NCBI GenBank assembly: GCA_944363035.1
Contig: CALVTS010000006.1
Coordinates: forward strand, 14,382 to 78,381
DNA length: 64,000 bases
DNA from: an uncultured Clostridia bacterium
GTDB lineage: Bacteria > Bacillota > Clostridia > Christensenellales > CAG-917
Reading direction: 5' to 3'
Notes under the pieces: generated by a model
The model's database searches: none
The model's input: only the letters and a program-made list of their open reading frames with translations
What the model was told of the DNA's origin: nothing
In this document: positions 9,263-18,701 of the stretch, piece after piece
How positions within the stretch are numbered: position 1 is the stretch's first letter
Layout: every line of letters begins with the position of its first letter
Made by a program: the position numbers and the translations under genes

Positions 9263-12200
9263 TCTCCTCCGCGCCCACGGACGGATTCATCAGACCGCGC
9301 GGGTCGTCCGCACAGAAATCCTCCGGCTTGACGGCGGGAGACTTGATTCCCTTTTCCCCCTGCCTCCACGCGCAGATGGAAGCATAGTCGCAGTAAAGAC
9401 ATTCCCTTTCGAGGGGTTCTGGCTCTATTATGCCGTTGGCTATCCACATCGCGCCGTAGGCGGCGAGCGCGCGGACGTACTTGCCTACCGCGGCGAACTC
9501 CTCCTCTGTGAGGTGCACGGGAGAGGACAGTCCGCCGTCCTTCCCTCTCTTGCACGGGAGTATGCCTCCCTCCTCCCCGAAGAGGGGATCTATCTTGCGC
9601 GCCTCCTTTTCGTCGCGGACGAGGTTGCCCTTATATCTCCTCTCTGCGCCTCCCTTTTCGAAATCGAACGCGAGCGGGAGATAAAACACTCCGACGGGGG
9701 TCATGCCCGTATCCTCGGCGATCGCCTCCATGTAAAGGTAGAGCTGTATCTTCTTGCCGGAGTACACGTCCGAGAGGGAGAGATCCGCGCTCTTGTAAGT
9801 CTTGTAATCCACGACATAAAACTTGCCGCCGCACGCGTCCACGCGGTCCACCCTGCCTTTCAGGAGAGAGACCCCGCCCTCCTCGTCTTTAAGTCTCAGA
9901 GCGGGAAGCTCCTTGCTCCCTATCCGCGCCTCCACGTAGACGGGCTTATACTCCGACCTTTCGGATGCGTCAAAGAGGGTGCGGCACACCGAACACGCCT
10001 CCGCCCTCAGTCTCGCGAGAGCGCGCGCGACCGCCGCGTCCTCCGCCGCAGAGACCAGCCATTCCTCCTCCGCAACGGCGGCGTCGAAGAGCTCGCCCGC
10101 CTTCTTTTCCGCCTCGCCGCTCTTTACCCTGCCCTTGGCGACCAGCTTGAAGAACCTTTCCAGGACGGTGTGCATCAGGACGCCGAAAGTGCGCCCGTCC
10201 ACCTTTGCCTCCTCCCTTTCCCTGAGCCCGACGATGTAGGCGAAGTAGTGCCTGTACGGGCAGGCGAAATAGGTCTCCAGCCTGGAAGCGTCCGTCCTGC
10301 CGCGGGTGCGGCGAAGAGCCGCCGCCGTCCCTTCGGAGTCCAGTTCGCCGACGGGAGAAGTCCTGCGGTATATCCTTTCCACTCTGACGAGATCCTCGTC
10401 GGACAGACATTTCATCGCGGCGGCAAGCCGCCCGCCGCCGTCTCCCGAGGGTATCCCCTTCAACACCTCGTGCATACAAGCCGCGGGAGTGACGAACAGG
10501 GCTGGTATCAGCCTCTCCGCCTCCTCTTCCGAAAGCGCCCGATAGGGCGGTATCTCGGCGCGCGCGACTTTGAGAGGCTCCCCTCCCTCGGAGAGCATCC
10601 CCTTGAGCTCGGACACCACGACGGAGGGACGCAATTCCCCCGATGGGTCGCTCTCGGGATAACACACGGTGAGGGTGCCTTTGGGACGTTTCATGATCTC
10701 GGTGACGGACATGAGCTCGGAATACACCCTCTCTTTCACGGTGGGCGCGACTCCCGCTCCGAGCGCGGCGAGCACCTCTTCGTCCCTTTCGGATATCACC
10801 GCTCCGCCCTCTGCGCCGCGAGGCAGTTTGCCCACGTTCGCGCCCAGGATATAGATGTCCCCTCCGCCCAAATATCTGTTGTCCGTATTCCCGACGTAGA
10901 CGCAGTCCAGCCAAGTCGGCACAAGAGCTATCTTGACAGTCTGCACGGCGGCTTTGAACATCTTCTCGAAGTGGGCGAGATCCCCCTCTCCGTCCAAAGT
11001 CTCCTTCATCTCGTCGAGCAAGGAAGCTATCTTTTCGTCAACTTGATCGGCACATTTTGCATAATAAAGGCTGGTTTCGGTGAGTTTCGCGGTATGGGCG
11101 CGCCATGCGTCCTCACACCTATCCAAAAACGCGGACACCCTTTTCACAAACTCTTCGACGCTTATCTCCCCCTTGAACACGAGCGGAGAAAGCGCCTCTG
11201 AAAGCCTTTGCCGCACCCTCTCTGCGCACTCCCTTTCCCCATCCTCGCCCAAGGTGAAGGGGCGGGTCATACGGGAGCGGTCCGCATTGTAACGAAGGCA
11301 GTAATTTTCAAATCTGAACACCTCGTCCTCTCCGTCCTCCGCCCCGTGATGGAAGAGAGGGTTCTTGACGAACTCCGAGACCTCGGCAAGCCGCATACCG
11401 CTCCTTACGGCGGCGATCGCGGCGAGGAGGAACCTGGTCTTGGTCTGCTCCGAGAGCAACTCCCGCGTGTCTATGAAAAAGGGGATGCCGCACCTCAAAA
11501 ACGCGCTCTTCAACTCCGCCTTGTATGCGTCGGTGTCCGAGAGCACCACTTCGAAATCGCGGTACCTCGCCCCCGCCGCGACCTTTGAGACTATCTCCCG
11601 CATGAGGAAGTCTATCTCTTCCGAGCGGGTACGCGCCGCGACAAGCCTCACCTTGCCGTCGCACTCCGTCCTCTTTTCGGCGGGTTCGTAGGAAAAGAGT
11701 CTGCGCGAGATGGCGTCGAGGGCGGGATGCAGTTCCTCGCGGCTTCTCTCGATATCCCCTCCTCCGCACGCCTTTATCAGTCTGCGGGCGGCGGCGTCGC
11801 AGTATATCCTGGCATTGGGCTCCCCCTCTCCGCTCACCATGCCTACGGTGAGTGAGAGCGCGGAACGCGCGAGCCCGCTCAAAACATCCAGCTCCGGCGA
11901 CTTGAAATCGTAAAAATCCACCACATAAAAGTGCGCGGGGATGCTCTCGCATCCGTCAAGATATTCGGCAAAAGCCTCCAATCTGGTGGAGGGATCGCTG
12001 TGTCTTTCCCCGAGCGCGGAGAGATACTCTTCGTATATCAACGCCATATCCGCGAATTTCCCCCTCACGTTTTCGGGAGCGCGGAGGGAGACGTCGCGCA
12101 GTTTTTCGGGGGTCACGCCGCTGTTCCTTATCGCGGTGAGAGCGGCGTAAAACTCCTCTGCGAATCCCGTCGTCCTTGCGGCGCGGGCGTAATAGCCGAG

Positions 12201-12494
12201 TTTTGCCGCGTTGCGTTCTATCACCTTGGCAAGGAGCAGGACGGAACCCTGAGGCGTGAGGCACTTCTTTATGCGCGCGCCGATCGTCTTTTCAGCAAGG
12301 CGGGTGAAGGAGGTCACGCTCACGTTGAACACGGAATCCAGCCCGAGAGTGGCGATGACCCCGCGCTCGGAAGAGGCGGTGAATTTGTCGGGCACGATGA
12401 CGATGTGTTCCCCGCCGTCGCCGAGCCTTTTTTTGAGCTCGCCGAGGACGCGGTGATAGGCGTCGTGAGCGGTGTTGGAAAAAACGATCTTCAT
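9240..12494 (-). CDS. addB: helicase-exonuclease AddAB subunit B
   Basis: Nuclease motif RVDRVD...YVVDYKT. Fe-S cluster cysteines CPYRHYF and CLYCDYASIC. Lies immediately upstream of addA. Confidence 0.88.
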   Translation of the reverse strand: MKIVFSNTAHDAYHRVLGELKKRLGDGGEHIVIVPDKFTASSERGVIATLGLDSVFNVSVTSFTRLAEKTIGARIKKCLTPQGSVLLLAKVIERNAAKLGYYARAARTTGFAEEFYAALTAIRNSGVTPEKLRDVSLRAPENVRGKFADMALIYEEYLSALGERHSDPSTRLEAFAEYLDGCESIPAHFYVVDFYDFKSPELDVLSGLARSALSLTVGMVSGEGEPNARIYCDAAARRLIKACGGGDIERSREELHPALDAISRRLFSYEPAEKRTECDGKVRLVAARTRSEEIDFLMREIVSKVAAGARYRDFEVVLSDTDAYKAELKSAFLRCGIPFFIDTRELLSEQTKTRFLLAAIAAVRSGMRLAEVSEFVKNPLFHHGAEDGEDEVFRFENYCLRYNADRSRMTRPFTLGEDGERECAERVRQRLSEALSPLVFKGEISVEEFVKRVSAFLDRCEDAWRAHTAKLTETSLYYAKCADQVDEKIASLLDEMKETLDGEGDLAHFEKMFKAAVQTVKIALVPTWLDCVYVGNTDNRYLGGGDIYILGANVGKLPRGAEGGAVISERDEEVLAALGAGVAPTVKERVYSELMSVTEIMKRPKGTLTVCYPESDPSGELRPSVVVSELKGMLSEGGEPLKVARAEIPPYRALSEEEAERLIPALFVTPAACMHEVLKGIPSGDGGGRLAAAMKCLSDEDLVRVERIYRRTSPVGELDSEGTAAALRRTRGRTDASRLETYFACPYRHYFAYIVGLREREEAKVDGRTFGVLMHTVLERFFKLVAKGRVKSGEAEKKAGELFDAAVAEEEWLVSAAEDAAVARALARLRAEACSVCRTLFDASERSEYKPVYVEARIGSKELPALRLKDEEGGVSLLKGRVDRVDACGGKFYVVDYKTYKSADLSLSDVYSGKKIQLYLYMEAIAEDTGMTPVGVFYLPLAFDFEKGGAERRYKGNLVRDEKEARKIDPLFGEEGGILPCKRGKDGGLSSPVHLTEEEFAAVGKYVRALAAYGAMWIANGIIEPEPLERECLYCDYASICAWRQGEKGIKSPAVKPEDFCADDPRGLMNPSVGAEENEERYVD

Positions 12495-12575
12495 GCAAGC
12501 AGTATATCACGTCCCGTCCCCCTTTTCAAGACGAGGCAGAGGTCGGACGCGATTTCCGCATTTTGGGCAAATCCG

Positions 12576-12604
12576 TTGCGCCGCGCGCGCATTTCGGTTA
12601 TAAT
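12576..12604 (+). promoter_or_regulatory. lipoprotein gene promoter (near-leaderless arrangement)
   Basis: TTGCGC (12576-12581), 17 nt, TATAAT (12599-12604). ATG at 12614 is only 9 nt after the -10 element, and no SD is present. Confidence 0.4.
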
Positions 12605-12613
12605 TACTTTATT

Positions 12614-13618
12614 ATGAAAAAGACAGCGACTTTTATCCTTCTCATCCTCGTGGTGACCGCGCTCGCGTTCGCGCTTGCCGCGTGCAACAACGCCACCACC
12701 CAGGGACAGCTCGTGGACGCGTGGAAAAACGCCCGTCCCTATGAACGCTACACCTACACCGTGGACGACAGCGCCTACGAGGGGACGGAAGGCACCTATG
12801 TCAGCGAGATAATCTATTACGCCGCCTACGACGCCGAAGAAAATACCGATAAAGTCACCGTCGGCGATTACTCATTCGAACAGCGCGAGGGCTATCTGAT
12901 AAAAAGCACCCTGAACGCCTCGATAGACGGCAAAAAACTGCTCTTCGAGACCGCGTGCTACTTCGCCCTGACGGACGGCAGGAACTATCTCCTCCCCTAC
13001 GCCACTTTAAGGAGCGAGACCGTGGACGGCAAGCAGACTTTCAGGATGAACGGCGTATACAGCGGCAGCACTCTTGAATACACTCTCACCGCCGACGGCG
13101 AGACGAAGAGCGGCTCGGTGGGTCTCGGCTCTCCGTACTACGACAACAACGAGTTCCACCAGAGCCTGCGCGGAGTCTCCACCTTCTCCTCCTCCTTCTC
13201 ATTCGGGTTCAGCACCGCCGCCGTCAACGCGACGGAACAGACCTCAGTCTCCCTCACCTTCTCGGTGAGCGGCACGGAGGAAGTGAAGGATCTCCCCTTC
13301 CCCTCCCTCGGCAAGGACGACGAGGACAAGGAAGTGCAAAACGCGACTACCGCCCTCAACTGCTACTGCGCATCTCTCTCCCGCGCGACGACGGTGGCGG
13401 GCGCCTCGCAACGCCTCTACTACACGGTGGATCCCGTCTACGCCGCGAAAAACGCCGAGGGGACGCACACCTCCCTCTCCACCTACGCGCGCGACGATAT
13501 GTGGGCGCTCCCCCACGTCCTCGTGAAGATAGTGGAGCCCTACAACGACGCCGACCGCAACGAACATACGGTCACCTACACCTTGCAGGACATCTCCCTC
13601 ATCCCCGACGCGGAGTGA
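12614..13618 (+). CDS. hypothetical lipoprotein
   Basis: Signal peptide with lipobox: MKKTATFILLILVVTALAFALAAC. Start set at ATG 12614. Confidence 0.75.
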   Translation: MKKTATFILLILVVTALAFALAACNNATTQGQLVDAWKNARPYERYTYTVDDSAYEGTEGTYVSEIIYYAAYDAEENTDKVTVGDYSFEQREGYLIKSTLNASIDGKKLLFETACYFALTDGRNYLLPYATLRSETVDGKQTFRMNGVYSGSTLEYTLTADGETKSGSVGLGSPYYDNNEFHQSLRGVSTFSSSFSFGFSTAAVNATEQTSVSLTFSVSGTEEVKDLPFPSLGKDDEDKEVQNATTALNCYCASLSRATTVAGASQRLYYTVDPVYAAKNAEGTHTSLSTYARDDMWALPHVLVKIVEPYNDADRNEHTVTYTLQDISLIPDAE

Positions 13619-13638
13619 GAAAAGGAGCATATGAAAGG

Positions 13639-13668
13639 AAAACGCACGGCGCGCCGTGCGTTTTTTTT
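13639..13668 (+). terminator. Rho-independent terminator (lipoprotein gene)
   Basis: ACGCACGGC-GC-GCCGTGCGT followed by T8. Confidence 0.8.
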
Positions 13669-13696
13669 GACAACATCTCATTCGCGCAAGTTCTCG

Positions 13697-13775
13697 TATG
13701 CCGGACCGTAATGATACGGATCGGATGTCGCGCCGCCGATCTCCGCCCGAACCGCGCCTTTCGCCTCGCCGATAT
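13697..13775. repeat. half-copy of the MITE-like element (one terminus plus about 55 nt)
   Basis: TATGCCGGACCGTAATGATACGGATCGGATGTCGCGCCGCCGATCTCCGCCCGAACCGCGCCTTTCGCCTCGCC aligns with the left half of copy A. Confidence 0.5.
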
Positions 13776-13808
13776 ACCATGCGTTCGGCGGGAGAGGACG
13801 TGCGCAAG

Positions 13809-14519
13809 CTATTTCCCGAGCCCGAGATAGCGGCATATCTCGGCAAGGCTCTCCTTGGGGTGCATCGCCTCTTCGAGGGAGAATCCCTCCTCCCCGATAT
13901 CCGCCGCCGCGCCCTCTTTGCGCGAGGGCTTCCCCGCCGCGAGTTTTTCCTCTCTCTCCTTGCGCTCGACGGCTTTCAGGAGCTTCTCTTTGAGCTCTTT
14001 CACCTGCCCGTCCTCCTCTGAAAGCCTGTCAGCTTCCTCCCTGAACGCCTGCTCTCTCTCGTCGGAGGGGTCTCCGCGATCCAGAGAAAAATCCTCTGCG
14101 AGGAAGCGCTCCAATTCCAGCTTGACAGAGAGCGCGACGCTCTCCATATTGAGCGCGTCCTTCGCGAAATCATACCTTTTCTTTATCTCTTCGTACGCGC
14201 CCGTCCATTTTGCGCGGAAGAGTTTGAGGCGGTCCAGCTCCATCGCGTAACGGAATTTCAGGTCCAGCACCGTCTTTTCCGCCTGTTCGCCCGCCGAGAG
14301 TAGAGCGCTCTTTATCTGCTCCTCCCTGCCCTTGAACACCGCCAGCTCCTCCTCCAAAGCGTCGCACCTGGCTTTGAGCACTCTGATACGCTCCTTTTGT
14401 TCCAACCCCGCTCTGTCCGCCTTTTCGCGTTCCATGGCGATGTACGCCTCCACGGAATCCATATCATACCCCTTGCGCACGACGGCGAAACGAGGCTGCA
14501 CCTTGCTCTTTCTCTTCAT
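13809..14519 (-). CDS. DivIVA domain-containing coiled-coil protein
   Basis: N-terminal F..VRKGYDMDSVEAYI motif followed by long coiled-coil. AAGGAGG lies just upstream of ATG 14519. Confidence 0.8.
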   Translation of the reverse strand: MKRKSKVQPRFAVVRKGYDMDSVEAYIAMEREKADRAGLEQKERIRVLKARCDALEEELAVFKGREEQIKSALLSAGEQAEKTVLDLKFRYAMELDRLKLFRAKWTGAYEEIKKRYDFAKDALNMESVALSVKLELERFLAEDFSLDRGDPSDEREQAFREEADRLSEEDGQVKELKEKLLKAVERKEREEKLAAGKPSRKEGAAADIGEEGFSLEEAMHPKESLAEICRYLGLGK

Positions 14520-14761
14520 AAGTCCTCCTTGCCACGAGTATAACCTCGCGTGAAGGACAAAAGATTTTCTCTTGCGGCGAAAAAGCGCGATTGCTGTCTT
14601 ATCCGACCTGCTCCTCACGCGATGTCGGACGGAACGCGGACGGGACGGACGCGCCCTCTCTCATACCTGCGACCCGATGCTCTTTTCCCGCCGCTGCTCT
14701 TGCTTTTTTGAAACCTCGGGCAAAGGGGAAACGCGCGTGAATAAAATGTTAGCAAAATGAC

Positions 14762-14789
14762 AAAAGCGCGGCGTGAACCGCGCTTTTTT
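14762..14789 (-). terminator. bidirectional terminator downstream of pncB
   Basis: AAAAGCGCGG-loop-CCGCGCTTTTTT. Confidence 0.7.
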
Positions 14790-14810
14790 GACGTACAACA
14801 TCGGTTTCGG

Positions 14811-16253
14811 TCAGTTCTGCGCCGTTGCCGAGAGGAGTTCGTTTTTGAGTTCCCACAGCTTTTTGCTGAGGTCCACCTTGTAATACTGCGTATTGACCAC
14901 GCGTTTGTATTCGGGGAAAAACTCCGCCCAGGACTCGTCGTGATGTCTGCCTATCTCCTCCAAAGAGGGGAGCGGCGCGACGAGCTCGCCGTCCTTTATC
15001 ACTTCGGTCATGAGCTCTTTCACGGTGAAATCCTTGAATGTGGTGCGCTTCCACGTATGCTCGGGGTGGAATACGGTGAGGGGACGGGAGGTGTCCACAT
15101 TCTCCTCTTTGAGGCAGATGAGATCCGCCGCCGCCATGCCGCCGCGATATATCCTCACAGTCTTTTTCACACCGGGATCCGTGGTCTTGTCATGGCTGTC
15201 GGACACCTTTATCTTGGGCACGAGCCTTCCCTCTTCTTCTATGGCGCAGAGCTTGTACACTCCGCCCAGGGAGGCGTTGGAGAAACTGGTGATGAGCTTG
15301 GTGCCTATGCCGTAGACGTCTATCTTCGCGTCTTGAGAATTGAGGGCGAGCAACACTTTCTCGTCAATGTCGTTGGAGGCGAATATCTTGCAATCGGAGT
15401 GCCCTGCCGCGTCCAACATCTTCCTGGCTTCACGGCTGATATAGGCAAGGTCGCCGCTGTCGAGACGTATGCCGACGGGCTTGTGTCCTGCGGCTTTTAA
15501 TTTGTCGAACACCTTTATCGCATTGGGCACGCCGCTCTTCAGAGTGTCGTAGGTGTCCACGAGGAGGAGGCAGTTGTCGGGATAGATGTCCGCATACGCC
15601 TCAAACGCTTCGAGCTCGGTGGGGAAGGTCATCACCCAGCTGTGGGAGTGAGTGCCCGCCACCGCTATGCCGAACATCTCCCCCGCGAGCACGTTGGAGG
15701 TGGAGCGGCACCCGCCGATGTACGCGGCGCGCGCGCCGTAAGTGCCCGCGTCGGGACCTTGCGCGCGGCGGAGCCCGAACTCCAATATCTTGCCGTCTGT
15801 GCACGCCGTGAGCCTCGCCGCCGTCGTCGCGATGAGGGTCTGATGGTTGATGATCGTGAGCAGAGCCGTCTCTATAATCTGCGCCTCGAAAATGGGCGCG
15901 GACACGGTGAGTATGGGCTCTGAGGGAAAGACCACCGTACCTTCGGGCACGGCGCAGATATCGCCCGTGAAACGGAACTTCTTCAACCTTTCCAGAAAGT
16001 TCTCGGGAAAGATGCCGAGGGAGCGCAGATAGGCTATGTCCCCTTCCTCGAAGCGGAGGTCTTTGAGATACTGCACCGCCTGTTCCAGCCCCGCCGCCAC
16101 GGCGTAGGAATAGCCGCCGCTACCCCTGTAAAAGAGGTCGAACACCGCCCTCTTTTCGCTCACGCCGTGTTGGAGATAGCCGTTTGCCATCGTGAGCTGA
16201 TAGAGGTCGGTGAGCATGGTAAGATTGCGTTCGGAAGAAAGCGGAGTCAACAT
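14811..16253 (-). CDS. pncB: nicotinate phosphoribosyltransferase
   Basis: N-terminal LTMLTDLYQLTMANGY signature. Length about 480 aa. GGAGG RBS. Confidence 0.9.
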   Translation of the reverse strand: MLTPLSSERNLTMLTDLYQLTMANGYLQHGVSEKRAVFDLFYRGSGGYSYAVAAGLEQAVQYLKDLRFEEGDIAYLRSLGIFPENFLERLKKFRFTGDICAVPEGTVVFPSEPILTVSAPIFEAQIIETALLTIINHQTLIATTAARLTACTDGKILEFGLRRAQGPDAGTYGARAAYIGGCRSTSNVLAGEMFGIAVAGTHSHSWVMTFPTELEAFEAYADIYPDNCLLLVDTYDTLKSGVPNAIKVFDKLKAAGHKPVGIRLDSGDLAYISREARKMLDAAGHSDCKIFASNDIDEKVLLALNSQDAKIDVYGIGTKLITSFSNASLGGVYKLCAIEEEGRLVPKIKVSDSHDKTTDPGVKKTVRIYRGGMAAADLICLKEENVDTSRPLTVFHPEHTWKRTTFKDFTVKELMTEVIKDGELVAPLPSLEEIGRHHDESWAEFFPEYKRVVNTQYYKVDLSKKLWELKNELLSATAQN

Positions 16254-16254
16254 T

Positions 16255-17340
16255 TCAAACCTCCGCGGCGGGGACGTCCTTCTCTTTGGAAGGCTTGGGA
16301 AGTTTCCACGCCGTTCTCACTTTTTTTATATAGTCGCCCTCGGCGAGCTTCGCCACGGGCACATCCGTGACCCCGTAGAATCTCCAAAGGAAGGAACTCC
16401 CTTTCGCGAGCATACGGGTGACGAACCTGTAATTCGCCACATCGAAGCGGCTGAGCTCCGTGATGTCCAGCCTCCCCTCCGCCGCGGCGGAGTTGACCAT
16501 GCGGAAGCTCTGACGGGTGAGGCAAACGAGGACGTACGCCGCGCCGAGCACGAGCGCGAGAGGCGCGACGACTATGCACGCCACCTGGGTGACGGGCACC
16601 GCGTCTATGCGCAGGGATTCCAGCCACCCCCTGCCCAGGAAGTACCAGAAGAAGTAGCAGAAACCGAGCAATCCCGGGAAGCGCCTGTTCTTGCGCCATA
16701 TCGCAAAGAAGATGACCGCGCCGATGGTGTTCCACACCATCTCGTAAAAGAACGTGGCGGCGAACCATCCCGGGGTGTTTCTCTCCACTATGGGACGGAA
16801 AGCCTCCTCCACCCCCTGGGGATCGTCTATCCACACCGCGAACGGGAAGGTCTGTAAGCGGGAATCCGTGATGGGGATGCCGAACGCCTCCTGATTGACG
16901 AAGTTCCCGAGCCTGCCGATTATCTGTCCCGTGAGCAGAGGCACCACGATGAGATCGACGATGTTGCCGAAGTTGCACTTTTTGCGCATACGGAAGGCGA
17001 ATATCCCCGCGCCGATGAGCCCGCCGACCAATCCTCCGATTATCGTTATGCCGCCGTCCCAGATCGCGATGACGTCCACGAAGTCGTCCCAGCTCTCCAC
17101 GGGGAAGTATCTGTCCGGACGCGCGCCGACGTAAAAGACGCGGCAGAAGATGACCGCAAGGGGGATGACCCACAAAAAGAGTTCCACGGCGTCGTCCACG
17201 TTGAGGTTGACCCGCTTACACTCCAAGCAGATGATGACGAGCCCCGCGATCATGCCTATCACGATGATTATGCCGTACCAGGCGACGGGGACATCGCCGA
17301 CATAAAAGGCTATTTTGTCAATTGCCGACAGCAGATTCAT
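16255..17340 (-). CDS. lgt: prolipoprotein diacylglyceryl transferase
   Basis: GRLGNFVNQEAFG motif and a polytopic membrane profile. The ATG overlaps the galK stop (ATGA). Confidence 0.88.
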   Translation of the reverse strand: MNLLSAIDKIAFYVGDVPVAWYGIIIVIGMIAGLVIICLECKRVNLNVDDAVELFLWVIPLAVIFCRVFYVGARPDRYFPVESWDDFVDVIAIWDGGITIIGGLVGGLIGAGIFAFRMRKKCNFGNIVDLIVVPLLTGQIIGRLGNFVNQEAFGIPITDSRLQTFPFAVWIDDPQGVEEAFRPIVERNTPGWFAATFFYEMVWNTIGAVIFFAIWRKNRRFPGLLGFCYFFWYFLGRGWLESLRIDAVPVTQVACIVVAPLALVLGAAYVLVCLTRQSFRMVNSAAAEGRLDITELSRFDVANYRFVTRMLAKGSSFLWRFYGVTDVPVAKLAEGDYIKKVRTAWKLPKPSKEKDVPAAEV

Positions 17341-18623
17341 TTTTCCTCCGTGAGAGGCACGCGGCACGCGCCCGACTCGCGAATCAAGAGTCTGAACACA
17401 TTATTTTTGCCGAACTCGGCGTTCAAGATATCGTTTACGGCGTCTGAACGGTCTTTTGCAACAAAGAGCAGTATCGTGCCCGCAAATCCGCCGCCGTGCA
17501 CGCGCTTTGCCAAGACCCCGTCTATCCCCGCCGCTTTTTCGAGAGCGAGCTCTATTGAGTGATCTCCTTTTTCGGAATAAAGATTTTGGAGTTTCTTTGC
17601 CGAGCTCTCGCCCGAGGCGTTGACAACGGCGAGGAATGCCTTTTCGTCGCCTGAAGCGACCGCTCCGAGAGCCTGCTCCACTCTGACGTTTTCCTCATAG
17701 AAATGCTCCGCGCGAAGGAGCGCTCTCGGCGGGAGGGTCCCGCGCAGGCTCTCCTCTGCGGCGTAAAACTTTTCGGCGGGGACATCCCTCAGCACCTTGC
17801 CGCCGAGCGCGGACGCCACGGCTTTCATCTCGGCGGGGATCGCCGCATAGTCGTCCGTGAGGTCGCTGTGGTCTCCGCCCGTCGCGACGACGTAGATGTC
17901 GAGGTCGTCAAAGCACCATCTCGCGCCCACCACTTCGGGGTCTTCGAAACTGCGGAAGTCTATCATATTCACCCCGCCCAGCGCGATCGCGCTCTGATCC
18001 ATGAGCCCGCTGGGTTTGCCGAAGTAGACGTTTTCGGCATACTGGGACGCCTTTGCCATGAATATGGGGGAAAGCTCTCCGCCGTTGTAATATCTGTTGA
18101 ATATCTCGGCGATGGCGAGCTCGAATGAGCTCGAAGAGGACACCCCGCTCCCCTTGGGGACGCTGGAATCCATGCACGCGGTGAAGCCGCCCGCCTTTTT
18201 CCCGGCGCGGATGAAATACTCCGCGACCCCCTTGATGAGGGCAACGGAAGTGCCCAACTCGGACTGTCTGAACGCGAGGTCGTCCAGAGAGACTTCGAGC
18301 ATGGGATAGTTTTCGGATTTCACCCTGATGCGCCCGTCGTCCGTGGGACGCGCCGCGGCGAGGGTATCCACCGTGATAGCGGCGGCGAGCACTTTGCCCG
18401 CGTTGTGATCGGTGTGGTTGCCCACGATCTCTATCCTGCCCGGAGAGGAGAAAAAGTCCGTGCTCTCTGTGCCGAAGGTGTCGAGGTGGCGCGCGGCGAG
18501 TTTGCCGTAGCGGTGCGCGTTCTCGGGCGCGGGATCGCCGTAAAGCGCGCGGAGCACCTGCATGGAGGAAGCATTCTTTTCAAAATAATCCGCCGAAATC
18601 GTTGCCATTGCCGTGAACTCCAT
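17337..18623 (-). CDS. galK: galactokinase
   Basis: GRIEIVGNHTDHNAG galactokinase signature and the GHMP motif PKGSGVSSSSS. Confidence 0.9.
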   Translation of the reverse strand: MEFTAMATISADYFEKNASSMQVLRALYGDPAPENAHRYGKLAARHLDTFGTESTDFFSSPGRIEIVGNHTDHNAGKVLAAAITVDTLAAARPTDDGRIRVKSENYPMLEVSLDDLAFRQSELGTSVALIKGVAEYFIRAGKKAGGFTACMDSSVPKGSGVSSSSSFELAIAEIFNRYYNGGELSPIFMAKASQYAENVYFGKPSGLMDQSAIALGGVNMIDFRSFEDPEVVGARWCFDDLDIYVVATGGDHSDLTDDYAAIPAEMKAVASALGGKVLRDVPAEKFYAAEESLRGTLPPRALLRAEHFYEENVRVEQALGAVASGDEKAFLAVVNASGESSAKKLQNLYSEKGDHSIELALEKAAGIDGVLAKRVHGGGFAGTILLFVAKDRSDAVNDILNAEFGKNNVFRLLIRESGACRVPLTEEK

Positions 18624-18701
18624 ATATAATGTAAATAGTATTTTTTATGATAACACAGCATTATTCCGTTTGCAAGGGAAATGCCCGTGTTAAGGGGTTT
18701 T

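Noticed and set aside
7001-11201. Long + strand ORFs 7001..9331 and 9051..11201
   Set aside because: They are antisense to addA and addB. Their R/G/P/H-rich composition is typical of high-GC antisense frames, with no RBS and no motifs.
13631-13711. 26-aa ORF (MKGKRTARRAFFLTTSHSRKFSYAGP) with an AAAGGAG upstream
   Set aside because: The SD-to-ATG spacing is only 3 nt. The ORF is made of the terminator hairpin and the terminus of a repeat element, so it is almost certainly fortuitous.
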